This document shows positions 36,400 to 48,995 of a DNA stretch of 64,000 bases, one piece after another (the stretch's first letter is position 1; each line of letters starts with the position of its first letter). Location of the stretch: positions 69,876,001 through 69,940,000 of the forward strand of contig NW_024704743.1 in NCBI RefSeq assembly GCF_018977255.1, given 5' to 3'. This DNA is from Callorhinchus milii (Eukaryota). The position numbers and the translations under genes are program-made. The notes beneath the pieces are model-generated. The model searched no databases. It was not told the DNA's origin and saw nothing but the letters and a program-made list of their open reading frames with translations.

Positions 36400-37008
36400 A
36401 CTGAAAGCCGATGAAATCCTAGTCCATGCCTTTGTCACCTCTTGGCTGGACTATTCTATCGCCCTCCTCGCCGGTCTCCCATCCACTACCATCCATAAAA
36501 TCCAAATAATTGAAAACTCTGTCGCCCGCATTCTCACCCGCACTAAACTCCGCTCCCCAATCACCCCAGTCCTTGCCAGACTGCACTGGCTGCCTGTCCC
36601 AGAGAGGATCGATTTCAAGATCCTCACCGTTGTATTCAAATCCCTCCACTCCTCTGCACCCTCCTATCTCTCTGACCTCCTCTCTCCTCAAAACAGTACT
36701 AATTGCCTACGTTCTTCTGGGTCTGGACCTCCACCTCATCCCCCGAGTCCTCTGCTCCACCCTCGGCGGCCGTGCCTTCAGCCACTATGCCCCAAGGCTC
36801 TGGAACTGCCTTCCTCACTCCCTTTGCTTCGCCCCCTCTCTTCCTATTTTCAGGTCCCTGCTGAAGACCTTTCTTTTCGACCGCGCCTTTGGTCACCTTC
36901 CTCCCCCTCCCCCCTGGCTCGACCCCGGGTTCCGTTACTGTAAAGCACTCTGAGATGCTGTCCGGTATGGAGGGCGCTATATAAATCCAAGTTGTTGTTG
37001 TTGTTGTT
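36400..37008 (+). mobile_element. L2 LINE 3' fragment (variant B) with ORF2 remnant
   Basis: ILVHAFVTSWLDYS...LHWLPV...LGGRAFSHYAPRLWN...LKTFLFDRAF; (TTG)n tail. Confidence 0.92.
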
Positions 37009-37094
37009 GACTTTGTCCATTGAGCAAGCTGGTTGGGAATGGCATTCGAGGCTGAGATGATGAAAACAGTCCACATTACAAAATTATTTACAAA

Positions 37095-37330
37095 ATAATA
37101 ATCTTGGCAATTTGTATGGTGTTTTTCATCTTGGGAGGACACCTCAAAGCACTTTACAGGATACACTGTAAAGTTTACTGACTGTAATTTGTTGGCAAAT
37201 GTGACAGCCAATTTTGCATACAGCATTTTGCATAACAGCCATGAGGTGAATGACACATTTTATTCAGGGGATTGTTGACTGGAAAAACAGGGAAGCTCAT
37301 TCTCTTTTTGAATACACGTGGATGATTGCC
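37095..37330 (-). mobile_element. DeuSINE 3' part
   Basis: ctcaaagcactttacagg...gacagccaattttgcatacagca. Confidence 0.7.
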
Positions 37331-38829
37331 ATGTGGGCATGGATAACCAGCGATTTCCTGTACACCAAAACCTCAAAAAAATTGAGTCCCACTGACTCAA
37401 TTTTTTCCACTGACTCAAGGCCTGAGAACTGGAGGTCTGATCCTACAGACCCATTTCTCTGACTTCTCCATTAAGAACTGCCTTGGATGGAGCAAGTCTG
37501 CGGGTGGTGGACGCTAAAATCCACCCCATAATATATGCAGCAACTGAGGAATTAATGTACATTGCTAATCAAGTTTTCACATGTATATTGTTGCTACTTG
37601 TGCTGTTTATATTGGCCGTCTTCCAACATGACTGATTGTTATTTATTGCACGCTCTGACCATTTAATACTTTAAGCCCTAATGTGGTCTGATGAGAAGGG
37701 AAAAAACTTTGCAATTGAGTCCTTGCAAAGGGCATTGTATATCACATCACTTCAGTTTGAAGTGAAAATAAAACAACTTAACCACTTAAAGTGCGCAGAC
37801 CTAAAGACTTTACTACTTTAAGTTGCTGAAAAAGTTGCAATCACCTAAAGCTGATAATGCTCTAGTTTGCTAATATTGGTAAAAATAATAAATTTATTGT
37901 GGCAAAATATCTCAGTGTTTCACAGGTATTTGCTGTATAGAGTAGCAAACCAAAGCCATTTTGCGCTCAGTGAAGTCCAATGAACAGCTATGAATGACAA
38001 ATTTTATCAGGAGGATTATTGGTGAGGTCACAGGGGAAACTCCCTTCTCTTAGTGTTGTGGGATCTTCAACATCCAACTAAAAGTCAGACAGGATTTTCA
38101 GTTTAACGACTTGTCCAAAGAAGGGCTCCATTGACACAGATTCCCCCTGCACTCGCCTAAAGTGAGAGCCTAAACTACTTGCTCAATTCCTGGCATTCGG
38201 AAATAACATTGGGACATTTGCACCAGTGATCGAATTGTCCATCTTCAGCACAATTCTGCTCGTTCAAAAACCAAATTAAAAAATACTGTGGAGAAAAATG
38301 AAAAATAATCCAATTAAATTTAAGACCTTGATGGAGGAACGCCCGCAGCATTCCACATCTGAGAAAGGATTTGAAAGATTATTCACAAGATCATGAGATT
38401 GGTGTGGATGAAGAAGGCCCTTTGGCTCATCTGATCTCATCCTTTCAGAATACCCAGCCGCCCATCCTACCATCACAGTATCAAGCTACTTTGAGTTGTG
38501 TGTGGTCTCATCCTGTTTGTAACTTGTTGCAGTCCTTAATTACTATCTGAGTAAAGAAAAACATCCTTACATTTGGACTAGCAACTTGCAATTCGGAAGG
38601 ACACCTCAAAGCGCTTCACAGGATGTTTTACTCAAAGTGACTGACTATGTGTATTTTGTGGGTGAACGCAGCTGCCCTGAAATTTTCCTTTGCAACTCTA
38701 CATTTATATCCTCTCAAGTTCCGCACCTGCAACTCATGGAACCATCACTCATTGGGAGGTATGTTTGTATGAGCTCTGGACAGGAAGATGGTGGCGATGC
38801 TCTCACATATTCATGCTGAGCTGTGTTGC

Positions 38830-39475
38830 CAGCTCGCAGGGAGTTCCTGGTACCTGCCATCCACCAAGTGAGGGCTCAAATCCGCACTTCTCGGATTTGA
38901 CTAACTAGTGACCATTCTTCTTGGAGGTAAGCGGGGTTGAACTAGCTGCAAGGTGACAAGTTTGGGAATGGTATGTCAGAATCAAACCACTCCTCTGTGG
39001 TGGTCTTAGTAGTCCAGTTCTTGAGTCAGGTGAGTCTTCAGTACTCCAGAGCACTACTGATGACAGCCTTACTCATCGGGCAAACCAGTCACTAGGGGTA
39101 GGGAATCATCCCACTCAGTTAATACTGCAAGCCAAAGCCCTAATAAGTAGGGTAGTCTTATCTGGATAAGCAGCGGAGAAGCTTGGCAGGTAGCACTCTC
39201 AATAGAATTTAGGCTGATTTAGGCTGGTTAGATTCCAGCAGTACCCCATCACATACTCAGGGTTCACAAGTGATGGCTCTTGCCAGTCTGCGCCTTTAAT
39301 ACTTTCCAGTATTATATAAGCAGAATGAGTCCCTCTGGGGAGAAAGTGTGTATTCCATTCCAATAAGCATCTTGGGAACTTTAATGTGTATGGATGCATA
39401 GAACTCTGTTTGATTTGGATACTCTTAAGCATGGGGAAGGGTTTTCACATGTATCAGACGTCCAGCTGACTAAAG
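38830..39475 (+). mobile_element. Unclassified A-tailed dispersed repeat, copy 3
   Basis: gctcgcagggagttcctgg...ctcttaagcatgg...tcagacgtccagctgactaaag. Confidence 0.8.
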
Positions 39476-41022
39476 TTTTGGTTCATCCTAAAGTATTGTT
39501 CTGGGTTCTGGGTTTACTTTTTCAATCAGGTTTTAAAAATCTGTACCTCTAGGTCCCCTTTGAGTATCTTCTTTCAAGACTGAAGAGCCCTAGCTTGTCT
39601 AATTGCTCTCATTCCTCTAACGCTGTAGATCATTCTCATTGCTCTGCTCGGTCTTGAGTGCTTGAGCAGTCCCCTTACATCATAGTGACCAGTGACAGAG
39701 CAGTCCACAGCCTGACTATGATGTCTGGGCTTCACTCAAGCTTAGACCTGAAATTAGTTTGGTTAACAAGGATAAAAAATGAGTAGATGAGGCTCGTAAT
39801 AAATTAATTCCGTCAAGAATCAATTATCCACACTAATTGGGACTGGTCCTGCTGTGGATAAGCAAACAGTTAGGATAATTGGACATCATGCAAAATAGAA
39901 ATTTGTTCCGGTGTGAACTAGCATACTGGTACATGAGGAGTTACACTAGCATTGTCACTAATCACACTATGGTAGCCTCTCTCTCTCCACCTTTCTCACT
40001 GAGAAACATTGCTCTACCAAATTAGCTGCAGTATTCGTCTACAAATACACAGTCACTGCACTTCATATTGAAAATTGTGTGAAATAGTTTGAGAAGTTTC
40101 ACCATAAGTCGCTGTATTAATTTGTGTCCTTATCAACCCTGCCCATGTGTGTATGTAACTTCACATGAGCCCCCACTCCTCCTATTTCCCTCTGCTACAC
40201 CCCGCTATTTCCTTCCTCTTCATGTATGCAACAAGTTGCTTCTCAAATATATTGATGATTTTTGTTTCAACCACGGCTTCCAGAGGGGGTACCACATTCT
40301 CACCACCCTCCGCGTGAGGAAGTTCCTTCTAAACTCCCTGTTACATCTACTACTAGCTATCTTATATTCATGCCCTCTAAATAGATATTATTATGCAGGA
40401 AAAAATACTGTTCGACTGTAGTATGGCATTGCCATATGTTAGAAAAAGACAGAAGTATAACAACAACAACAAAATTATGTTTATATAGCGCCTTTCAAAT
40501 CGGGAGGAGTAAAAGAGATAGGATGCTTACATGTGGCAGCAGGAGGTGAACCATATTACAATTACCTGTGAATGCCAGAGGGGCATTGCCTGAGAAGTTC
40601 ACCAGAAGCACTGGGACTGAGCTATGCCATCTGCTATCTGAAAACCTGCAGGGACTGTCCACCATTACCACTGCAATGATTGTCATCACTGTGCTCAGAT
40701 TCTATGTCACTGAGATCTTCCAGGCACCCACAGGGAATGTAACTGGAGTCGGACAGTTTTTTACCTATCACTGCATTAAGGAGATGATCAAAGCATTGTA
40801 TTGTCAGGCAACCCACTACATATATTTCTTCAGCAGGAGCCAATGGCAGAACAGCTACTGCAAGTTGAAAGACAATACAATAGTGTCTCATTGGTCATTT
40901 TTTCCAAGTAGCTTTTCAAATGGCCGCTATAAATCTGTTAATCTTCTGACATTGCAAAATAATGCTCCAACCTGGCCCCTGCTAGCATCTTTATGAGGTT
41001 CTCCTTCATTGTAGATTATTTT

Positions 41023-41430
41023 ACAACAACAACTACTTGCATTTATATAGCGCACCTTTACACAGGGTAACGCTTGCCAGGGGCGGAGCACAACGACGAG
41101 CCGGGGGGAGGGGGAAATAGGATAGGAAGGTCTTCAGGTGCCACATGAAGATGGGGAAGGAACGGGCAAAGCGGAGAGATAGAGAAAGATTGTTCCAGCG
41201 TTTCGGGGCACAGTGGCTGAAAGCGCGGCCACAATAGTGGAACGGAGGGCACGAAGGACATGCAGAAGGCTGACGCCAATCAAGCAGAGGCAGCAGGTTG
41301 TGAGCATGAAGAGATTTGAAAACAAGTGTGAGGATCTTGAAATTGATCTGTTCAGCGATAGGAGCCAGTGGAGCCTGGCTAGAACTGGTGTTATAGGGGT
41401 ACAGAGTTTAGTACGGATGAGTATCTTTTA
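41023..41430 (-). mobile_element. L2 3' fragment (variant C)
   Basis: (CAA)n, ttgcatttatatagcgc, tttacacagggtaacg; aggatcttgaaattgatc...agccagtggagcctgg. Confidence 0.8.
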
Positions 41431-41432
41431 GT

Positions 41433-42250
41433 TATGAGGAACCTTTATAAAACACTGGTTAGGCCTCAGCTAGAGTACTGTGTACAGTTCTGGGTCCCAC
41501 ACTTTAGGAAGGATGTCAAGGCATTGGAGAGTTTGCAAAGGAGATTTGCAACAACAACAACAACTTGGATTTATATAACGCCCTCCACGCCGGACAGCAT
41601 CTCAGAGCGCTTCACAGTAACGGATCCCGGGGCCGAGCCAGGGGGAGGGGGAGGAAGGTGACCAAAGGTGCGGTCGAAAAGAAAGGTCTTCAGCAGTGAT
41701 CTGAAAATAGGAAGAGAGGGGTCGAGGCAAAGGGAGTGAGAAAGGAAGTTCCAGAGCTTCGGGGCATAGTGGCTGAAGGCACGACTGCCGAGGGTGGAGT
41801 GGAGGATTCGGGGGAGAAGGAGGAAGCCAGACCTGGTGGAGCGAAGGCAATTTACCAGGGTGGTACCAGGAATGAGGGACTTCAGTTATCAGGAGAGGCT
41901 AGAGAAGCAAGGTTATTCTCCTTGGAGCAGAGAAGGTTAAGAGGTGACTTAATAGAAGTTTTCAAAATTATGAGGGGATTCAAGGAGCAGAAGGAGAAAC
42001 TATTTCCACTGGCAGGTGGGTCGGTAACCCGAGGACTGCACAGCGAGTTGTTGGGATCTGTAATGCATTGCCTGAAAGGATGGTGGAAGCCGATTTGATA
42101 ACAACTTTTAAGAGAGTAGATAATTATTTGCGGAGGTCAAGTTTGCAGGGCTATGGGGAGAGAGTGGGGGAATGGGATTGATTTGGATAGCTCTTTTCAA
42201 AGAGCCGGCACAGGTATGATGGGCTGAATAACCTCCTCCTGTGCTGTATA
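41433..42250 (+). mobile_element. CR1 3' fragment split by an L2 insertion
   Basis: LYKTLVRPQLEYCVQFWVPHFRKDVKALE...; FSLEQRRLRGDLIEVFKIMRG. Confidence 0.92.
41548..41849 (-). mobile_element. L2 3' fragment (variant B) nested in CR1
   Basis: Flanked by attt at 41544-41547 and 41850-41853; removing it restores aggagatttaccagg. Confidence 0.9.
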
Positions 42251-43469
42251 TTCTTTTAAAAGAATCATTCATGGGAGATCAATTCAATGCTGTATTAGGA
42301 TTTTTTTTCTGCATTGTTTCATATTGTTACTCAGTTCGCACTATGAAAACCGTAGTATAAAATGGACAACAGTATTGAGCAATGTGATTTTAAACAAATC
42401 ATGGTGGACACCCAGTGTTGAGACTATCTTGAAGTCTGCTCTCAAATATACATTAAAAGAGCTTACGCAGTTTTAATAGACGGTCCAAGAATTTTAATGG
42501 TGATTTTTAAAATATTATTAAATAGCCAATTCAATAACATTAAAAAAACAACTATAGACTCTTTTAACATGCTTATAACTTCACACTTGCCAAACTATAA
42601 TATCAAGTGTTATAACAGTCACTGTCCAAAGTAATTTAGAACTTGAAGTATAAACCGGCTTGGCTCACAGTGTGTAGAGCTTCCCAATGGCCCTGTACTT
42701 TTTGCCAGCTCATTGGAAGTTTCCAGACAGTTTATTGACACAAAACAGTTAATTTTCACCTCTTGACATTTGACTTGGAGCAAGATGTTTTACTTTGACT
42801 ACAGTTTTCACCTTGAATATCTTAATGAGGGGAGTTACATAGTGCCAGTTATTTTTTTGGAGGCCAATTATTTTAAATGGAATCACTGTTGTGCTACACT
42901 TCATTCCAATTTTGACCTGGTGTTAACTTAGAGCTAAGATAGCAAAGCAGAAAAGTCACATTCATTATTCTAATTGTATTTGTAATTACTGTTGTGGTTT
43001 TTATAAAACCAAGAAGCGCAGTGGATATATTGTGTTGGGCCGTGCAGTTTACTGTCAGTAAAAGGGCTATACATTTTACTTAGATTTACCCCTGGAATGT
43101 ACAGCACGGAAACAGGCCATTCACTCTAACCAGTCTGTACTGGAGTTCATATTCCCCAGGTGTCTCCACTCCCTCCCATTCCTTTATATTCACTTCTCCC
43201 TCATGTGTATTGCTAGCTTCCTCTAAAATGCATCTATACTATGTGCTTTAACCACCACTTCAGGCAGCAAGTTCCACATTCTCACTACATTCTGGTGAAG
43301 TACTTCCTCCTATATTCTCCTTTTGATCCCCTAGTATCTATCTTATATTTGTGTCCCTGGTTACAGACTCCCAAACAAGTGGAAACAGACTATTTTTGCT
43401 TACCTTCTCGAATCCTTTTAAAATATTCGGCCCCTCTTAAACATCTCTTCTCTAGCAAAAAAAAGGATT

Positions 43470-43912
43470 AACATACAATACAAAATTATATTTGTATAGC
43501 GCCTTTCACATTGGGAGGACGTCTCAAGGTGCTGGACAGTCAGGGATTTGGACCCGAGCTGGGGGTTGGGATCGGGGAGGGTTGAGGGCAGGGAGGATCA
43601 GAGGGTGGCTGAAGGCTCGGTCGAAGAGCAAGATTTTGAGACGCATCTTGAAGGAGGCAAGAGAGGGAGCGAGAGTAAGGGAATGTGGGATGGAGTTCCA
43701 TAGAATGGGGACAGAGAGGTTGAAGGCCCGGCTGCCAATTGTGGAGTGGGCGGGCGGGGGGCATGGAGCAGACCAGAGCCTGCAGAAGGAGCAGAGGGAG
43801 CAGACAGGTTGATTTGGTGTGAGCAGGGTGCAGAGGTAGGGAAGGGCAAGGTTGTGGAAGGCCTTGAAGGCGAGGACGAGGATTTTGAACTCTATCCTCT
43901 GCAGGATGGAGA
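43470..43912 (-). mobile_element. L2 3' fragment (variant A) between minus-strand CR1 pieces (about 43090-43460 and 43930-44150)
   Basis: ILQRIEFKILVLAFKAFHNLALPYL...LWNSIP...LKILLFDRAF. Confidence 0.88.
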
Positions 43913-44929
43913 TATTCAGTCTATTCTGATAGCAGTGACCTACCAGCCAGGTATCATCCTGGTAAACCTCCGTTGCTGCTATATCCATCTTATAATTTGG
44001 AGACCAAAATTGACACCATATTCCAAATGTGGTGTGACCAAGGTTTTATACAAATCCAGTATTACCTTCTCACTTGTAGGCTCTGTTCCTCTGGATATAA
44101 AACCCAAGACACAATTGCCCTTTTATGGCCTTATCTAGTTTTCCGTGAGCTCTTTTAAGAACCAAAGAAAACTAACTTCAAAGTTAATTTCTCTCCAGGA
44201 GAAATCCTACTTGGAGGGCACTCTTGCTTGTTCCCGGGGCCACCTATAAGTGCCATTAGAGATGCGCTGAAAACAGGACACTCATCCCACTCTCTTCTGT
44301 TGGAAAGAGAACTAAATGCTCAAAACGCTCACAAAAAATAATAATTTTTGATTTATGTTGAATTGTTAAACGCAAGTAAGAATAAAAGACAACTTCATTA
44401 AAATGTTTATTACTTAAACAGACCAGTAAATCTCTGGCACAAGGGGATGAATAATGTATTCTCCTTAATATTGGGTTACAAAACACTATTCAAATAGTGG
44501 GAGGGAGCAATGTTACAATTGGAGCCAGTTTTTCTGGAGACGTGGTCCACAACCAATTAGTCCGGGCACCAGATGGGAAGCAAAATGTCATCACCCATAT
44601 GGCGAAAAATTGTCCTGCTCTACAGCAGATTTCTCCAGAGAAGCTGCCACTATCCTCAATATGAACTGAGCAATTTGTGAGTAAACTGTTCAAATTGACT
44701 TTTTGTGTCGACAAAATGGGATGATACATCAGGTTTGTGTATGGCTTTTGCACCTCTGGGATATTGATTTGAATCCAGCTCGGAGTGAATGGTATGAAAA
44801 ATTCTGTCTGTCACCTATGAGAATCCCAAGTAGCAGACTTATAACACATCCTATTGTGTTTCAGTTTATAGGACAATGGTGTCCATCAGTGTAGCTTTCA
44901 AGAATCTAAATTGCCTGACTCAGTTGATA

Positions 44930-45720
44930 AGGTTAGGCCTCACTGGAGTACTGTACCCAATTCCAGGCACCACACTTTAGGAAAGATGTCAGGACCTTGG
45001 AGAGGGTCCAAAGGAGATTTACCAGAATGGTACTAGGGATGAGGGACTTTAGTTATGTGGAGAGACTAGAGAAGCTGGGATTGTTTTCCTTAGAGCAGAG
45101 AAGTTTCCTTACTCCACACGCCTATTAATAATCCCTCCAAAAAAGCTCAATAATAAATAGGTCATTTCAATCCATGACTGTTTGTGCGCAATTGGCTGCC
45201 GCATTTTGTCCACAAGTATACAGTCAATTCACTTTACAGTATATTCTGTGAAGCACTTTGAGACGTCTAGAAGACGTGAAAAGCGCTATATCAAATGCAA
45301 GGATTATTATTATTATCATTATTATTATATAGAAGGTTAAGGGGAGATTTAATAGAGGTGTTCAAAATTATGAGGGTTTTTGATAGAGTAAATAAAGAGA
45401 AACTGTTTCCTCTGGCGGATGGGTCGGTAACCAAGGACACCGATTTAAGAAAATTGGCAAAAGAACTAGTGGGGAGACAAAGAGAATATTTTTTACCCAG
45501 TGAATTGTTATAATCTGGAATGCACTGCCTGAAAAGGTGGTGGAAGCAGACTCCATAGGAGCTTTCAAAAGAGAATTGGATATTGTGCTTGAAAAAGAAA
45601 AAATTGCAGAACTATGGGATAAGAGCAGGGGAGTGGGATTAATTGGATAGCTCCTCCAATGAGCCAGCACAGACACTATTGGCCAAATGGCCTCCATCTG
45701 TGCTGTAAGATTCTATGATA
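44930..45720 (+). mobile_element. CR1 3' fragment with intact 3' end, split by a SINE
   Basis: ggttaggcctcactggagtactgt...; RRLRGDLIEVFKIMR...EKLFPL; ends ggccaaatggcctccatctgtgctgtaagattctatga. Confidence 0.92.
45104..45330 (+). mobile_element. 5'-truncated short SINE nested in CR1
   Basis: Target duplication agaag at 45099-45103 and 45331-45335. Confidence 0.9.
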
Positions 45721-45725
45721 ATAAT

Positions 45726-46118
45726 CTTGCCTGAGTCAGAAGGTTGTGGCATCAAGCCCCACCTCAGGACTTGGAGCTCACGGTCAAGGCTGACACTTTA
45801 AAGCAGTATTAAAGCAGTGCTACAAGAGTGCTGCAATGTCAAAGTTACCATCCTTCGGTTAACACATTAAATTGAGGTCTTGTCTGCCTGTTCAGGTGAA
45901 TGTTAAAGATCTGTTCAATAAGAGAAAGGCATTCCTCCAAGCACCCTGGCCAACAGTCCCGCAGATAAAATTGGTCATTCTTTTCATGGCTGTTTTTGTG
46001 GGACGTTGCCACTCACAAACTGGTTGCTGCATTCACCTGGACTCACAGTTACTGGACTCTACAGTAAATCCTGTGAAGTATTTCAATGACATGATGACGC
46101 TATTATCAATGGCAAGGA
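45726..46118 (+). mobile_element. DeuSINE
   Basis: ctgagtcagaaggttgtgg...aggctgacac...ctgcctgttcaggtgaatgttaaagatc...aaattggtcattc. Confidence 0.82.
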
Positions 46119-48103
46119 NTTTTTTTTGCAATTGACAATGTCACCTAGGGAGAATAAGAAAAATTATATTTGGTCATTCTGTAGCAATATGCTGATGTTT
46201 TAGAAGGTGCTTTTCTAAGACATAGTCTTGTCATATTGAAGTCTATTGTGTCAATCACTAAAGTTAACAATCTAGCAATTCATTCCTGGTTTAAAAAATC
46301 CTATTCTAAGCAAGTAATGAAAAAATATTTTTATTGACAAACGCCACACAATAAACCCTGTTGATGAGGCATCTAACAGCTTTAGTAAATCACAGTTGTC
46401 CATTTTATATCTGCACCTATAGTATTTTACACGATGAAGCCATTGAATTGCACAAGTATGTCCCTCTCCACCATGTTTGATCATGGTTATGGTCTGAAAG
46501 TACAGTAACATTGCATTTTCTCGGAATCCAATGCACATCAAGTCAGAACTAACATTGTAGCTGTCCTTTAGTTGAGATTCAGTCCTACCTTTTGTGCTAG
46601 TAACAGAAGATGCAATATGCCAGGTTATAAAGGCTTCATACACTCATTGGATTCGAGCTTCCTCCAAACGTAAGGGTAATGCCAGAAAGGTACAGTGATA
46701 TTCTTAGTTTCAAGAGAGAGTAGGATGCTCAAATGTGTGCAGCCATACATCCTGTGTGCTGCTAGTGAAACAACAATATTTATTGCAGTTTACTTAGTTG
46801 GGTTAACATAACAAGAGAAAAACAGTGCTGTGCCTGACTTGGCAGTGTTTAAACCTGACACTGGATGTCCAAACTAGTAGTGTTCCATTTAAGCTGCCTG
46901 TTACAAGCTTTGCCCCAGTGACGGTACCCCATTTGCCAAATTCTTTTTTTTATTACAAGTAATTCAGGTGTGCCTAATATTTTAATCTTCCTTGTTACTC
47001 TGTTATGGAATATATAGAAAAATATTGTTTTGAATAAAAGACTACTTTACTCAGCAGCTTGTGGATTGTCATAATAAATAACCTTATTATGATGGGTGAG
47101 CAGATGTGTTTTCTATTTTTCTTATAAAAACAGGTAAATAATAGTAAAATGACAGTATGTTTTCATGATACTGTCATACTTTCTTTTTTAATATGGAACA
47201 TGTTATGCTTTATAGTTCTATTATTCAAGAATTTGCTTTTTACAGTGTAAATATACAAGAGCCTATTCTATTCATGGTTTGGGTAAAGAGAAAGGGTGTT
47301 TTATAAATCCAACCTTTGTTATTCTTGTTCCACAGGATGACAAGATAACCAATAATATGGTACAGTCATTTTGTTTCATGCTCGGAAGTGGGATCAGTGT
47401 GTGATCTTAGTCTCATTGTCATGATGGTACTGCTCTTTAACTGGTTACGCAAATTGCTGCCTTCTACCTTCATAATATCAGTCTGTCTGAGCTACTGTGC
47501 GTATCACTAACCACTGATTTAATTGGATGGTGTTGGAGATGTGCATGAAATACAAGCTTTTAACAGCAAGCCTGTAGGAATTGATTGAAAATCTTTTGCA
47601 AGAACTGAATGAGTAAGTTATTATGCTTGCTGACAGTGCCTGGATCAATTGACTCTTGATTGGTCTTTCAGATGACTGTATTTCCATTTTTTGTAATGAT
47701 GAAGAATCAAACGGTGCAACAACACATCATGTTTAATTGTAAACATTTACTTAGTAAATCACCATGTAGTCTGGTGGATAAAGACATTGACCTTGATACC
47801 ATATACAAGGTCAATTACTATGTTAATTTAACTTATATAGAATGTATAGCTGGCTTTGGGTAAAATAACTGATTATGGGTGTTTGGAATTAAGACTGGAC
47901 TACTTCAAGGAGACTTCATCTGTTTGCCAATGGTTGGTGTTAGAATGTATTCACTGGTCAATTATTATCTGTTGCTAAGCGACACTGGAAATGTGGCTGG
48001 TGCAACACGTCAATTGATGCATCCTGGCCCCAACACTTGCTCGCTGCACTGTATTTCTACATCTTGCTCAAACTGTTTTCCAGACTGTCTTTAACAAGCC
48101 CTT

Positions 48104-48217
48104 GGGGTAAAATTCCACCTGGGTCTAGGTTTAATCTATTAACGTAACATTTCAGAGTTCACAAATTTAATTGTAGTCTTTAATTTAATTTTAAAGAATG
48201 ACAGAATTTCACCGCCC
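48104..48217. mobile_element. Short MITE-like element (GGGGTAAAATTC...GAATTTCACC)
   Basis: Short imperfect terminal inverted repeats; body homologous to 1039 and 14556. Confidence 0.5.
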
Positions 48218-48814
48218 TCCCCCCCAATTCATACGTGATGGGGTAATGAGACTTTTATCACGTTATTACATTGTTTTGTGGAATAGTGTGTGCACTTTTT
48301 TTACTATGGAAAATAATATTTTTTCACCCAGTGACCCTATGGTTCTGAAATTGTCAATGTTAAGTTTGAACACAGTGCTGCTTGCCTGAATATGACAAAG
48401 CAATTAATTAAACTATTGCTGAATTTGTTGACAAGGTACATTACTATTGTCCAGCTGGGTAGCTTACTAATGTATTTTCTAGAATGTGTAAATTATAAAG
48501 CGGCTCCAGATCACAGCTGAAAGCTCACAATATAAATTGTGTGGATTTTCTATGTCTTTGTGAAACAAAGAGCCAGACTCGACCTTTCTGCATTGAAACA
48601 TGTAAGGCAAATGTTTTCACAAAATTGGTTTAGATGAAGAAAGCCCTTTTGCCCATTTGATCAGGTGGCCCACGTTAATAGCCATCTAGCATAGCATCAG
48701 TTTTTTAAAAAAATATATATTTTAGTGTCCAGGTCTCAACTAACCTTCCTAGCTACTTAGTTCACTCACTGTCCTCTGGATAAAGAAGTGCCTTCTGGTA
48801 TCTGACCTGCATTT

Positions 48815-48875
48815 AAGCGCTCTGAGACAGCGTCCGCCATGGAGGGTGCTATATAAATCCAAGTTATTGTGTTGT
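48815..48875 (+). mobile_element. Minimal 61-nt L2 (variant B) insertion
   Basis: Hairpin plus tail only, flanked by the 7-bp duplication tgcattt (48808-48814 and 48876-48882). Confidence 0.85.
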
Positions 48876-48995
48876 TGCATTTGGCCTTTGCAAATCTAAA
48901 CTTATGTCCTCTTGTTCTTCTGTCTTGGTGCATCCTAAATTATGGTTCTGAGTTTGCTTATTCAATCCCATTTCTATTATTATTGACCTCTATAA

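Noticed and set aside
40568..40996. 142-aa ORF, and similar 100-185 aa ORFs at 864, 50279 and 61175
   Set aside because: No recognisable domains, several have non-ATG starts, and the lengths are expected by chance in a six-frame scan.
44735..44830. LF-SINE-like head fragment
   Set aside because: The resemblance (cacctctgg...ttgaatccagc) is too short and degenerate to support a call.
46119..46119. Ambiguous base N
   Set aside because: Assembly ambiguity at a SINE tail; not biological.
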